A DNA stretch of 61,138 nt, counting the filler, from Nemertoderma westbladi (lineage: Eukaryota; Animalia; Xenacoelomorpha), in assembly GCA_032718475.1 (NCBI GenBank). It is 3 parts of 3 records of this genome, joined end to end, with 100 filler letters (N's around TTAATTAATTAA, not from the genome) between each part and the next. Parts side by side here need not be neighbours in the genome. Positions count along the whole stretch, not along the records: positions 24,294 to 44,802 come from JAUCBJ010005066.1; positions 44,903 to 61,138 come from JAUCBJ010005155.1; 1 more part is not named here. The stretch is one strand, 5' to 3'. Positions 37,188 to 50,074 of the stretch are shown one piece after another. Made by a program: the position numbers and the translations under genes. Position 1 is the first letter of the stretch. Every line of letters begins with the position of its first letter. The notes beneath the pieces were generated by a model. The model worked only from the letters and a program-made list of their open reading frames with translations. It was not told where the DNA came from and searched no databases.

Positions 37188-38384
37188 TTACCGGTACTGT
37201 TAGTGTTAGCCTATAAAGTCGTATATGGCAGTATGGTGAAGTCAAAGTTGATTCTAAATTTTGCAATAAGAAGTGCACTATTCGGTGTCACACCTAAAGC
37301 AGTTCAGCAGTTGTCAGACTGCTGAAATGACTGAAATAACACACAGTGATACTGATATATCTGTATATGCAAGTAGAATGACAGACATGAGACATGAGCA
37401 CATGACTGTATGAGATACCGGTATCATAAATCAAAACCTGGAAATAACTTTCTTTATGTCGAGGTTCTCTAACCAAAACAATAACCTATTTTCAGGAAAA
37501 CTACATAGTTAAGGCCTACTGCCTAGTGTTGCACTGTTGACAACGGCATTAATGATTAACCCAGGGAATACCACAATACCTTTAACCCATCCCAAATAAA
37601 ACGACTGTATTCTCTTCAGTAAATTATAATACAGTACTGAACCTCTGATATGTTAACAAAATAATACTGTCCAAAAAAAAACAATAAATATGATATAATA
37701 TGAGGCGGTTGGTTATTATTGATGTCGTTAACATCAATAATATGAGGGTTCGGACAAAATGCCAGTTGTTTCTCTTATGTAAATTTATGTTACAGTCCAT
37801 ATCCACACCTCTGGCAGTCTGGTATTTTCGTATCCCAGCAGCTTGTTTATATACAGTAGTTACTCAAGTAACAGCTGATTACTCAAAATTTCAAAAATAA
37901 AACTGTTCTATTGACTTTAGTTTATTGTTTTGGTTAGAATAACGTGCTACTTGTAAATATGCTCCTTTCCCTTAATTGATAATTGATAAAAAATAACCTC
38001 AATTTTTTATATTGTTGGCAACGCGTACACGTACTACTGTAGTTCGCCTTTATTGTTGGCAACGCGTACACGTACTACTGTAGTTCGCCTTTATTGTTGG
38101 CTGTTTATTTATAAAATTAAGATACATAACTTTATTCAATCCGTCTTGGACAGCGTGCGTGGGTACTGTATCTGTGGTCGTGTGGTAATCTCCTGCAATA
38201 GTGCAACTGCCTTTCTAACGAAATCGTTGCCAACACACGATGATAAATGGACATTTATCTGCACCAGCTTGAGTTGAGACGGGGCGGGATTGGGGTGGTT
38301 GACTTTAAATCCCATCTCGGTGAATTAATATCTTTAAAGGTAGCAAGCAACAAGCTACATACTGAATCAAATATATAATAAATA

Positions 38385-38662
38385 AAATATATATAAAATA
38401 AACAGGTAAATACCCCACACCAGGCCCGGGCTACGGGCCTACCCCACACACTAACAAAAAACATAGAATCGGGACATTAACCCATACATATGTTAAGCAG
38501 TTTCATGTATTTGTTTTTTGTTTATGTTGTTTTTGTTTGTATTCTTTGCGTTTTTTTTGATGGCCCTAGGGCTGAACCATTTTGTGTTGAATGTCCTGAT
38601 TCTATGTTTTTTGTTAGAGTGTGGTGTGTAAGACTCTAGTGTTTACTTGTTTATTTTATATT
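38385..38662. repeat. Imperfect inverted repeat (MITE-like)
   Basis: CCACACACTAACAAAAAACATAGAATCGGGACATT at about 38445-38478 is mirrored by AATGTCCTGATTCTATGTTTTTTGTTAGAGTGTGG at about 38590-38625, and the outer arms also pair. Confidence 0.7.
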
Positions 38663-39029
38663 ATAATTAATATTGTCTCAATGATATATCAATTAAGGGG
38701 GGCAGAGTAGGTGCGTTAATTTAACCAAAATAATAAACTAAAGATAATATACAGGTCGTAGAAGAGGTTACAGTTTTATGTACTGTATCGACGGAGCCCC
38801 ACAAAAAAGGCATCATCACTACCGGTACATTATTCTTTATTTTATTTATAAATAATATTTGTGACAATATCTCTACTGCAAAGAACGCCCAAGTTGATAT
38901 TTAAATGTTTAACTATTGACTTTCGTTTATTGTTTTGGTTAGAATAATAACATGCCACTGTAACCTGATCATTTCACTTAATTGATTATTAAGATTGGTC
39001 GATATATTAATTGCCAAGAGTATGCCAGG

Positions 39030-39790
39030 GGAGGTACACGTACTGTAAATGTTTGTCTTGGAACATAAATGGACTTTGCGACAAATTCAGCGACGCAAAC
39101 GTGTTTGGTTACGCAGTAAACTTTGACGTAATTTGGTTATACGAAGTGAAGTCGAACTGTTGCTTTTCCATCCCGGGATTTAGGTATTATGGTAATGTAA
39201 ACAACGATATATAATAAACGCGGTGGTATCGGCCTGTTAGTAAGCAACCGGATACAGGATGCGATCCATGATATCGAAACTTCCGTTCCCGGTATCATAT
39301 CAGTTAAGTTAGGTAAAGATCTAGTTCTTTGCGGGATTTACATTGAGCCAAGGGATTCACCCTATTACAGCGAGAGATCTTGGGGCGACTTGCAGGCGTT
39401 CTCAATGTCATCATATGCTAATCATAAAGTTTTGTTTGGTGACTTCAACGCTCATGTGTACCGACCGAAAAACTCACATGGTTCAGACGTCGTGAGTGTT
39501 TGCGATTTAAATTTTATTTAAATTTTTATTTAAAAATTATTTAGATTTAGAGGTACATAAAATATACAGCATGTTTTCTAAAGTTTATATACCAGACTAC
39601 TGTATCAGCGATTGAAGTTTTCACGATTTCGGCTAAGTTCGCACCGTTTAATGATAGAGTTAGGTAGATGGTCTAGAACACCACGTGAAAATCGAGTGTG
39701 TCCTTGCGACAAGAAGACAATACAAACCGAGGAACATGTATTGTTCTACTGTCCCTTAACAAATCATGTACGCGCAAAATACAAAGCAAA
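39030..39790 (+). mobile_element. Internally deleted LINE: AP endonuclease + C-terminal CCHC region, RT missing (RTEX-like)
   Basis: SWNINGL, RGGIGLLV, CGIYIEPRDSPYY and FGDFNAH are followed within about 160 bp by RFRLSSHRLMIELGRW..RENRVCPC..EEHVLFYC. The clade call is an inference. Confidence 0.8.
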
Positions 39791-39803
39791 AAAAAGGTGC
39801 GAG

Positions 39804-42800
39804 AAATCACTTGTACTTGTAGGAGGTAGTAAATCACTTGTACTTGTAGGAGGTAGTAAATCACTTGTACTTGTAGGATGTAGTGAATCACTTGTACTTG
39901 TAGGAGGTAGTAAATCACTTGTATTTGTTGGAGGTAGTAAATCACTTGTACTTATAGGAGGTAGTAAATCACTTGTACTTGTAGGAGGTAGTAAATCACT
40001 TGTACTTGTAGGATGTAGTAAATCACTTGTACTTGTAGGAGGTAGTAAATCACTTGTACTTGTAGGAGGTAGTAAATCACTTGTACTTGTAGGAGGTAGT
40101 AAATCATTTGTACTTGTAGGAGGTAGTAAATCACTTGTACTTGTAGGAGGTAGTAAATCACTTGTACTTGTAGGAGGTAGTAAATCACTTGTACTTGTAG
40201 GAGGTAGTAAATCAGTTGTACTTGTAGGAGGTAGTAAATCACTTGTACTTGTAGGAGGTAGTAAATCACTTGTACTTGTAGGAGGTAGTAAATCACTTGT
40301 ACTTGTAGGAGGTATTAAATCACTTGTACTTGTAGGAGGTAGTAAATCACTTGTACTTGTAGGAGGTAGTAAATCACTTGTACTTGTAGGAGGTAGTAAA
40401 TCACTTGTACTTGTAGGAGGTAGTAAATCACTTGTACTTGTAGGAGGTAGTAAATCACTTGTACTTGTAGGAGGTAGTAAATCACTTGTACTTGTAGGAG
40501 GTAGTAAATCACTTGTACTTGTAGGAGGTAGTAAATCACTTGTACTTGTAGGAGGTAGTAAATCACTTGTACTTGTAGGAGGTAGTAAATCACTTGTACT
40601 TGTAGGAGGTAGTAAATCACTTGTATTTGTAGGAGGTAGTAATAGTAAATAACTTGTACTTGTAGGAGGTAGTAAATCACTTGTACTTGTAGGAGGTAGT
40701 AAATCACTTGTACTTGTAGGAGGTAGTAAATCACTTGTACTTGTAGGAGGTAGTAAATCACTTGTACTTGTAGGAGGTAGTAAATCACTTGTACTTGTAG
40801 GAGGTAGTAAATCACTTGTACTTGTAGGAGGTAGTAAATCACTTGTACTTGAAGGAGGTAGTAAATCACTTGTACTTGTAGGAGGTAGTAAATCACTTGT
40901 ACTTGTAGGAGGTAGTAAATCACTTGTACTTGTAGGAGGTAGTAAATCACTTGTACTTGTAGGAGGTAGTAAATCACTTGTACTTGTAGGAGGTAGTAAA
41001 TCACTTGTACTTGTAGGAGGTAGTAAATCACTTGTACTTGTAGGAGGTAGTAAATCACTTGTACTTGTAGGAGGTAGTAAATCACTTGTACTTGTAGGAG
41101 GTAGTAAATCACTTGTTCTTGTAGGAGGTAGTAAATCACTTGTACTTGTAGGAGGTAGTAAATCACTTGTACTTGTAGGATGTAGTAAATCACTTGTACT
41201 TGTAGGAGGTAGTAAATCACTTGTACTTGTAGGAGGTAGTAAATCACTTGTACTTGTAGGAGGTAGTAAATCACTTGTACTTGTAGGAGGTAGTGAATCA
41301 CTTGTACTTGTAGGAGGTAGTAAATCACTTGTACTTGTAGGAGGTAGTAAATCACTTGTACTTGTAGGAGGTAGTAAATCACTTGTACTTGTACGAGGTA
41401 GTAAATCACTTGTACTTGTAGGAGGTAGTAAATCACTTGTACTTGTAGGAGGTAGTAAATCACTTGTACTTGTAGGAGGTAGTAAATCACTTGTACTTGT
41501 AGGAGGTAGTAAATCACTTGTACTTGTAGGAGGTAGTAAATCATTTGTACTTGTAGGAGGTAGTAAATCATTTGTACTTGTAGGAGGTAGTAAATCACTT
41601 GTACTTGTAGGACGTAGTAAATCACTTGTACTTGTAGGAGGTAGTAATAGTAAATCACTTGTACTTGTAGGAGGTAGTAAATCAGTTGTACTTGTAGGAG
41701 GTAGTAAATCACTTGTACTTGTAGGAGGTAGTAAATCACTTGTACTTGTAGGAGGTAGTAAATCACTTGTACTTGTAGGACGTAGTAAATCAGTTGTACT
41801 TGTAGGAGGTAGTAAATCACTTGTACTTGTAGGAGGTAGTAAATCACTTGTACTTGTAGGAGGTAGTAAATCACTTGTACTTGTAGGAGGTAGTAAATCA
41901 CTTGTACTTGTAGGAGGTAGTAAATCACTTGTACTTGTAGGAGGTAGTAAATCACTTGTACTTGTAGGACGTAGTAAATCACTTGTACTTGTAGGAGGTA
42001 GTAATAGTAAATCACTTGTACTTGTAGGAGGTAGTAAATCAGTTGTACTTGTAGGAGGTAGTAAATCACTTGTACTTGTAGGAGGTAGTAAATCACTTGT
42101 ACTTGTAGGAGGTAGTAAATCACTTGTACTTGTAGGACGTAGTAAATCAGTTGTACTTGTAGGAGGTAGTAAATCACTTGTACTTGTAGGAGGTAGTAAA
42201 TCACTTGTACTTGTAGGAGGTAGTAAATCACTTGTACTTGTAGGAGGTAGTAAATCACTTGTACTTGTAGGACGTAGTAAATCAGTTGTACTTGTAGGAG
42301 GTAGTAAATCAGTTGTACTTGTAGGAGGTAGTAAATCACTTGTACTTGTAGGAGGTAGTAAATCACTTGTACTTGTAGGAGGTAGTAAATCACTTGTACT
42401 TGTAGGAGGTAGTAAATCAGTTGTACTTGTAGGAGGTAGTAAATCACTTGTACTTGTAGGAGGTAGTAAATCACTTGTACTTGCAGGAGGTAGTAAATCA
42501 CTTGTATTTGTAGGAGGTAGTAAATCACTTGTACTTGTAGGAGGTAGTAAATCACTTGTACTTGTAGGAGGTAGTAAATCACTTGTACTTGTAGGAGGTA
42601 GTAAATCACTTGTACTTGTAGGAGGTAGTAAATCACTTGTACTTGTAGGAGGTAGTAAATCACTTGTACTTGTAGGAGGTAGTAAATCACTTGTATTTGT
42701 AGGAGGTAGTAAATCACTTGTACTTGTAGGAGGTAGTAAATCACTTGTACTTGTAGGAGGTAGTAAATCACTTGTACTTGTAGGAGGTAGTAAATCACTT

Positions 42801-44802
42801 GTACTTGTAGGAGGTAGTAAATCACTTGTACTTGTAGGAGGTAGTAAATCACTTGTACTTGTAGGAGGTAGTAAATCACTTGTACTTGTAGGAGGTAGTA
42901 AATCACTTGTACTTGTAGGAGGTAGTAAATCACTTGTACTTGTAGGAGGTAGTAAATCACTTGTACTTGTAGGAGGTAGTAAATCACTTGTACTTGTAGG
43001 AGGTAGTAAATCACTTGTACTTGTAGGACGTAGTAAATCACTTGTACTTGTAGGAGGTAGTAATAGTAAATCACTTGTACTTGTAGGAGGTAGTAAATCA
43101 GTTGTACTTGTAGGAGGTAGTAAATCACTTGTACTTGTAGGAGGTAGTAAATCACTTGTACTTGTAGGAGGTAGTAAATCACTTGTACTTGTAGGACGTA
43201 GTAAATCAGTTGTACTTGTAGGAGGTAGTAAATCACTTGTACTTGTAGGAGGTAGTAAATCACTTGTACTTGTAGGAGGTAGTAAATCACTTGTACTTGT
43301 AGGAGGTAGTAAATCACTTGTACTTGTAGGAGGTAGTAAATCACTTGTACTTGTAGGAGGTAGTAAATCACTTGTACTTGTAGGACGTAGTAAATCACTT
43401 GTACTTGTAGGAGGTAGTAATAGTAAATCACTTGTACTTGTAGGAGGTAGTAAATCAGTTGTACTTGTAGGAGGTAGTAAATCACTTGTACTTGTAGGAG
43501 GTAGTAAATCACTTGTACTTGTAGGAGGTAGTAAATCACTTGTACTTGTAGGACGTAGTAAATCAGTTGTACTTGTAGGAGGTAGTAAATCACTTGTACT
43601 TGTAGGAGGTAGTAAATCACTTGTACTTGTAGGAGGTAGTAAATCACTTGTACTTGAAGGAGGTAGTAAATCACTTGTACTTGTAGGAGGTAGTAAATCA
43701 CTTGTACTTGTAGGAGGTAGTAAATCACTTGTACTTGAAGGAGGTAGTAAATCACTTGTACTTGTAGGAGGTAGTAAATCACTTGTACTTGTAGGAGGTA
43801 GTAAATCACTTGTATTTGTAGGAGGTAGTAAATCACTTGTACTTGTAGGAGGTAGTAAATCACTTGTACTTGTAGGAGGTAGTAAATCACTTGTACTTGT
43901 AGGAGGTAGTAATTCACTTGTACTTGTAGGAGGTAGTAAATCACTTGCACTTGTAGGAGGTAGTAAATCAGTTGTACTTGTAGGAGGTAGTAAATCACTT
44001 GTACTTGTAGGAGGTAGTAAATCACTTGTACTTGCAGGAGGTAGTAAATCACTTGTATTTGTAGGAGGTAGTAAATCACTTGTACTTGTAGGAAGTAGTA
44101 AATCACTTGTACTTGTAGGAGGTAGTAAATCACTTGTACTTGTAGGAGGTAGTAAATCACTTGTACTTGTAGGAGGTAGTAAATCACTTGTACTTGTAGG
44201 AAGTAGTAAATCACTTGTACTTGTAGGAGGTAGTAAATCACTTGTACTTGTAGGAGGTAGTAAATCACTTGCACTTGTAGGAGGTAGTAAATCACTTGCA
44301 CTTGTAGGAGGTAGTAATAGTAAATCACTTGTACTTGTAGGAGGTAGTAAATCACTTGTACTTGTAGGAGGTAGTAAATCACTTGTACTTGTAGGAGGTA
44401 GTAAATCACTTGTACTTGTAGGAGGTAGTAAATCACTTGTACTTGTAGGAGGTAGTAAATCACTTGTACTTGTAGGATGTAGTAAATCACTTGTACTTGT
44501 AGGAGGTAGTAAATCACTTGTACTTGTAGGAGGTAGTAAATCACTTGTACTTGTAGGACGTAGTAAATCAGTTGTACTTGTAGGAGGTAGTAAATCACTT
44601 GTACTTGTAGGAGGTAGTAAATCACTTGTACTTGTAGGAGGTAGTAAATCACTTGTACTTGTAGGAGGTAGTAAATCACTTGTACTTGTAGGAGGTAGTA
44701 AATCACTTGTACTTGTAGGAGGTAGTAAATCACTTGTACTTGTAGGACGTAGTAAATCACTTGTACTTGTAGGAGGTAGTAAATCACTTGTACTTGTAGG
44801 AC
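39804..44802. repeat. 27-bp satellite (AAATCACTTGTACTTGTAGGAGGTAGT)n, about 185 copies, runs into the gap
   Basis: Highly homogeneous tandem array with recurrent variant units. Confidence 0.98.
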
Positions 44803-44902
44803 NNNNNNNNNNNNNNNNNNNNNNNNNNNNNNNNNNNNNNNNNNNNTTAATTAATTAANNNNNNNNNNNNNNNNNNNNNNNNNNNNNNNNNNNNNNNNNN
44901 NN
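44803..44902. other. Assembly spacer (44 N + TTAATTAATTAA + 44 N)
   Basis: Same linker as 24194-24293. Confidence 0.97.
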
Positions 44903-47809
44903 AAATAGTGAACATTTTTTCGATATTTCAAACACTGTTATTTCCAGTTCTATTCATCGTAGAATGTTATTTTTTGGATTAAAATGTAGTTTGGAATGAT
45001 TTCTAACTATAATCGTAACATTTGTTTAACTTTTTATGTCTATAAAGTGACTTAAAAATGTCCATGAATATGGTCCAAAATCGCAAATCCAGATTTATTA
45101 AATTGGATTTTTGACACTTTTAGCGACTGACACTTGATCATACACCATCGTAGATCGGTAGAGGATAAACATAAGTTTGTTAAATAAGAACCACCATTAC
45201 GATCTGCTAAAGTGCATTTGTACAAATAAGTGTGCAAAAGTGCAAATTTTTTAATAAGGTCAAATTATATAGTATTGGGTTCTTTTCTTTGCAGATACTT
45301 TATTTTCATATTAATATGTTGTTTGAACCTTACTGAGCGCATTAAGGGATATGCGTACAAATAACCGGCCCTTATGAGGCTTCGATTGGGGGTAAATTAA
45401 TAAAACATAAGGTTGTATACTGTAGTATAATATTCTAAAAACCAGTGTGATATTAAATGCACTTTAAATAATAAATAGAAATCAAATAACAATTGGACCA
45501 CACAATTAAAAAACTTATTTATACTAAAAAACTTAAAATAACAACTTAAAATAAAAACATAAAAACTTATTTGTACTTATTATATCGCTTCAAATTAATT
45601 CAACAGTGGATATTTGTGGGGAAGGGGGAAGTTACAGTGTGCATTCGGGGGAAGTTTGGTGAACTGCATTTATGCCAGTGAATCCAAACTTCCCCCTTTG
45701 ATATATCATATACTTAAGACATGCTAGGGTGACGGGGAAATATTTGTTACTGTCACACTTTGCTTCCATTTATCCTATCCTTTATTATTAACTCAGTCAG
45801 ATAAGAGATAATAAATCAGTAAAAAACTAAACTAAACTGTCTTTCATGCAAAACAAATTTCTAACTAAGAAGACGGGTGGAATGACCATGACCATGGAAA
45901 TTATTTTAAATATAATTGTATATCAACTATTTGGGGAGGCTTCCAAGTTAAACCCGAAAACAATTATTTTGTTACATAGTAAATTAACGATGTATGTTCT
46001 TCTTCCTCTCATAATAAAATATAAATGAAATATCTCAGATAGCTATGCCCTGTAACATTTCACAACCAAAATATTTAAGTGTGAAAAGTGTAGGCCTATC
46101 ACACTCCGCCCAAACAACCGCAAACGCATAGCCAACAAATTTAACAAAAGGTTACATACATGTTGGGTTCATGACGAGATGAGTGAAAATTGATCGCGTA
46201 ATATAAAGTAAAAAATTAAGAGACGGGCTGGCTCTCCTCTCCTCCACTTTCTTACCCAATGGATATGTTGTTGTAATAATCTAATATTGGGGCGGCTTTC
46301 TCTCGTTTTAGTTACCTTTAATATAACCGTTAATACCGTTAACCTATCGAAACGAAATAAACATTTTATTTAAACTCAAAAGTGGCATCGTTTTATTCAC
46401 TCATCAACCCGAAACCACTGAACCCAATCGACTCTATATTTTTGCCAGGTCCACATCCCCCCCCCCCCCCCCCCCCCCCCCCGAATGTTGGCAACCTCAC
46501 TGCAGTCGCCAGAATCGTAATATATTACACTGATGACCTTGGATAGCCTATTTAACTTAAAAATAATGTATTTTAGTGATTTTAGAAATTTTCTTTCATT
46601 AAAATATTTTTTTAAATATTTCTAGAGCAGCAAAGAAGTTTATGTAAATTACACACAAACATTTGAGAAAGTAACACATTACTGCTTTATTACCATATTC
46701 ATTTTTATAACACAAGGTTCACTGAGGTAATAAACCAAGTCGGGTCATACAGTAGAACGACAAAAAGTTGATAAATTATATAAATTCAATTATTAATATA
46801 AATTATATACACTTCATTTTATAAAACATTTTGTAAAACATTATACTAGAATGACTACGATATTTTAAACTTTTTTTTTTCAATTCTTCATTAGCCTAAA
46901 GGCTAAAAATATATGAACAGGCCTAATGATTATTGAATGGCAGACATGATTAAATCCAGTTCCAGTAATGGGAGGTAACAAAAGTTATTGAAGCACTACT
47001 ATCTTTAGGCACACATCCTGTGAGAAAAGAATGTCCCTTCTACTATCAACATTAGGCTGTATGCTCATGTGGATGGGATGGAAGTTCTGTGTAGGCCTAC
47101 ACAATGTGGTGCACCTGTGAGACAGAGAAACAGGATGGGTGCTCTGCAATCTATGTTTCAGTTCCGAAATAAATTGATATGCGGTAGATTCAGGAAATAT
47201 TCCAGACATTACTGTAATTGTTATAATTTTTTTAGCTAATTCGATTTGAGACTTCAACCCCTGCTTTAGAGGTCCTGTCTTTAGGTTACTGATTTTGTAA
47301 CAACACAACCAAACGTCGTGTAAATCATGCTTTATGATTTTAGTGTTTGCTGAAGTTAGGGAAGGGAGCAGGAAACTGTTGTAAGAGTTCCAAACCAAAC
47401 AACAATCTACTGTACTGTACAACTCAAGTTCAAATACAAACGTTTTCTATAAAAATTATTGTAAATTATAAGCTTCAATCTTTGTTATGCTGGTACATTA
47501 TTCTGTGAAACTTATAATTATTCATTAACTCTAATTGTAATAGACGATTTAGTGACCTTAGATAAATTGTTTGAAATAGGGGTGGAAAAGTGTATTCGAA
47601 ATACTGTACAGATATGCAACAAACCAATCAAAACTCTCCCAAAATTTCTCTGGTCTTAAAACTTCGAATAAACTGTACCAGATTTAAAAAAAAAAACACT
47701 GCATTTAGTATCATATGTAGTTTACAAAATAGGTGATGACTGATGAGTATTACAAATATGAATAAACTTATAAACTTATCAGTTATGCTTTTCAAAAAAT
47801 GGATCGGGC

Positions 47810-48201
47810 CGTTGTACAAGGCTGAGATAACTCCCTCTTGAAATGACTCCCCAGACATCTCAGCCTAGGCTGAGAACATACTCCCCAGTTATCTTAACCT
47901 AGGCTGGGAACACTCCCCAGTTATCTTAACCTAGGCTGGGAACACTCCCCTTAGGCTGAGATGACTCCCTTTATTGAGTTATAATTCATATCCGTACCAT
48001 CATACGCTGAAATAAAACCGTAACCTATGTTATTGAGTTATCGTTTATTGTTTTGGTTAGAAAAGCCCGCCAGTATAACCTGATCCTTTCCGTTAATTAA
48101 GAAATCTAGGGAGAAAACTGGGGAGTGTTCTCACCCTGACCCTAGGCTGAGAAGACTGGGGAGTCATATTTGGTGGGGAGTTATCTCAGCCTGTTGCACC
48201 G
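47810..48201. mobile_element. MITE with about 27-bp imperfect TIRs and internal 32-bp repeats
   Basis: AGGCTGAGATAACTCCC near 47820 is mirrored by GGGAGTTATCTCAGCCT near 48176-48192, with internal CTAGGCTG(A/G)GAACACTCCCCAG repeats. Confidence 0.75.
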
Positions 48202-48354
48202 ACCGGATTTGTATGTATTTACCATCTCTGAATTGGACTGTAAATAAATAATACCAGCCGTTTTTACTTTATGAAACGACTGAGCTACCGATAAATAGAG
48301 ATACAGTAGTGAGAGACCATACAGTACAGTAGTAATAGTAGAAAAATAATACGA

Positions 48355-48595
48355 TGAAAAGTCATACGTACCAGATTTCAGTTTAACACTGAAAAGTCGT
48401 GCGCTTGTGATTTAAGGGCTGTAAGTCATACGTACCAGATTTCAGTTTAACACTGAAATGTTGTGTGCATGAGATTTGAAGGCTGAATAGTCGTGCGCAC
48501 GAAAATTAAGAGCTGAAAAGTCGTGCGCACGAGAATTAAGGGCTGAAAAGACGTGAGCACGAGATGTAAGAGCTGAACAGCCGAGCTCACGAGAT
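48355..48595. repeat. Degenerate tandem repeat of about 29 bp with a 64-bp duplication
   Basis: Repeated AAGTCGTGCGCACGAGA.TTAAG.GCTGAA; AAGTCATACGTACCAGATTTCAGTTTAACACTGAAA occurs twice. Confidence 0.7.
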
Positions 48596-49491
48596 CGCAG
48601 TTGTATTGGTACTGATTGTACTCAAATGTACCCTACAGTACGGTAGTACCATACAGTTACCATAGCTGAATACTACTGCGGCTATGCAGTCCTCATATTC
48701 AACCGTAGACCTAATGTAATAACTTAATGCAATTCTGCCTTGTAATGGAATATACAGTATTTTAATATAAATTATATTTAGGCCCATTGAACTTGAATGA
48801 ATTTAAATAAATAAATTGTCACATTTATGAGCAAATTATCCTGGCAAAGCTTTGCTCTTCAACAGCTTTTCTTTCTATTATGATATAATAACTAATAGTA
48901 ACGGAAGGTATATAATTCATTGTTTATTGAAATTTGTCAATAATATGTGAATATTTTTTCCTTTGTTTGATACACCTAAAATATCTGAAAAGTGGGTGGT
49001 GAAAAAAACAGAGTTGTTATTGTGTCTAAGACATAAAATGCTTAATGTATGCTGGTTATGTGAGCAATCTCTTAAGCAGATCTCAATCTAAAGTATTTAA
49101 TCTGATGATTAATTCTAAAACTTGAACTTTTAAATTAGATACTGAAGAAGGCACGGGTTGGGTCCGAAACTTGTCATGCATGTTTCCCTTATCCATGTTT
49201 CTGCTCATGATTCATTTCAAGCACCCATATTTTATAAGACGCATGCAGCAATGTTCCAAAGTATGAAAATTTTGGAAAGTTCAAATTTTCCAGATGATGG
49301 TAAGGGAGTCTTGATTTGCTGGTGGTACATGAAAATTGTACCACGGAACCCCCTTTTGGTATATCTAACTACAGTATATATACTGATTGTTTTGGGCTAC
49401 CCACTAATCAGACCACATAGAGAAGTATTACAAAGTATTTATAATTATTTAGAAAAGTATTTATTCATGGTTTTAATGTGTATAAGACCTA

Positions 49492-49841
49492 CGCCAGCCA
49501 ACCGTCAAGCCGGTTGACAGACCTTGTGTGGTCACTAGTTAGATCACACCGGGTGACGTCATACTGCTAGGTGTAAGACCGGTCCCCCGGTGAGCAGGGA
49601 TCAGACGATCTGATTACCTGGCTCTGCACACTTGCGGAGCTGTATCACCCTTACCCTGACTGCTGGATAGCAGACCTGCTCTGTTACCGTGATACTGGTA
49701 CTTCGTATGATCGTATGATTACTCCAGCCCTCTTTACCCATATCATATGTAACTTAAGTAACTGTATCAATAACCATTTATATATATTAATATACCAGTT
49801 ACCCACGTGTCCGCGACACTTGTTCTTTTTACCCTCTGGCG
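49492..49841 (+). repeat. 5' LTR (350 bp)
   Basis: Direct repeat of 55386-55734. Confidence 0.95.
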
Positions 49842-50074
49842 TTGTGGCAACGTTTCGGAGTTCGATTCTCACTCCTCAGCCTGTCAACAGCAAGTCAGAG
49901 TCGCTACACGTTCTCTTCACCAGGCGACCCGGGGTCAGAGCTCCCTCTGTCGCCTTCCTGCTATCCAGTCAGCCATTACCGGTACCTACTGGCGATCCAC
50001 CCACCAGTTAGGCTACTACTTACCTAACCGGTACTGCGGACTCACGCAGTACCCAACCCGATCCACCATTCACC

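Noticed and set aside
40315-44787. 1490-aa (IYYLLQVQV)n ORF
   Set aside because: The 27-bp unit is a multiple of 3 with no stop in that frame, and there is no evidence of a gene.
49136-49180. Hammerhead-like CTGAAGA..CGAAAC..GTC
   Set aside because: Core boxes are present but stem I and stem II pair poorly and no PLE sequence was recognised around it. At best it is a decayed relic.
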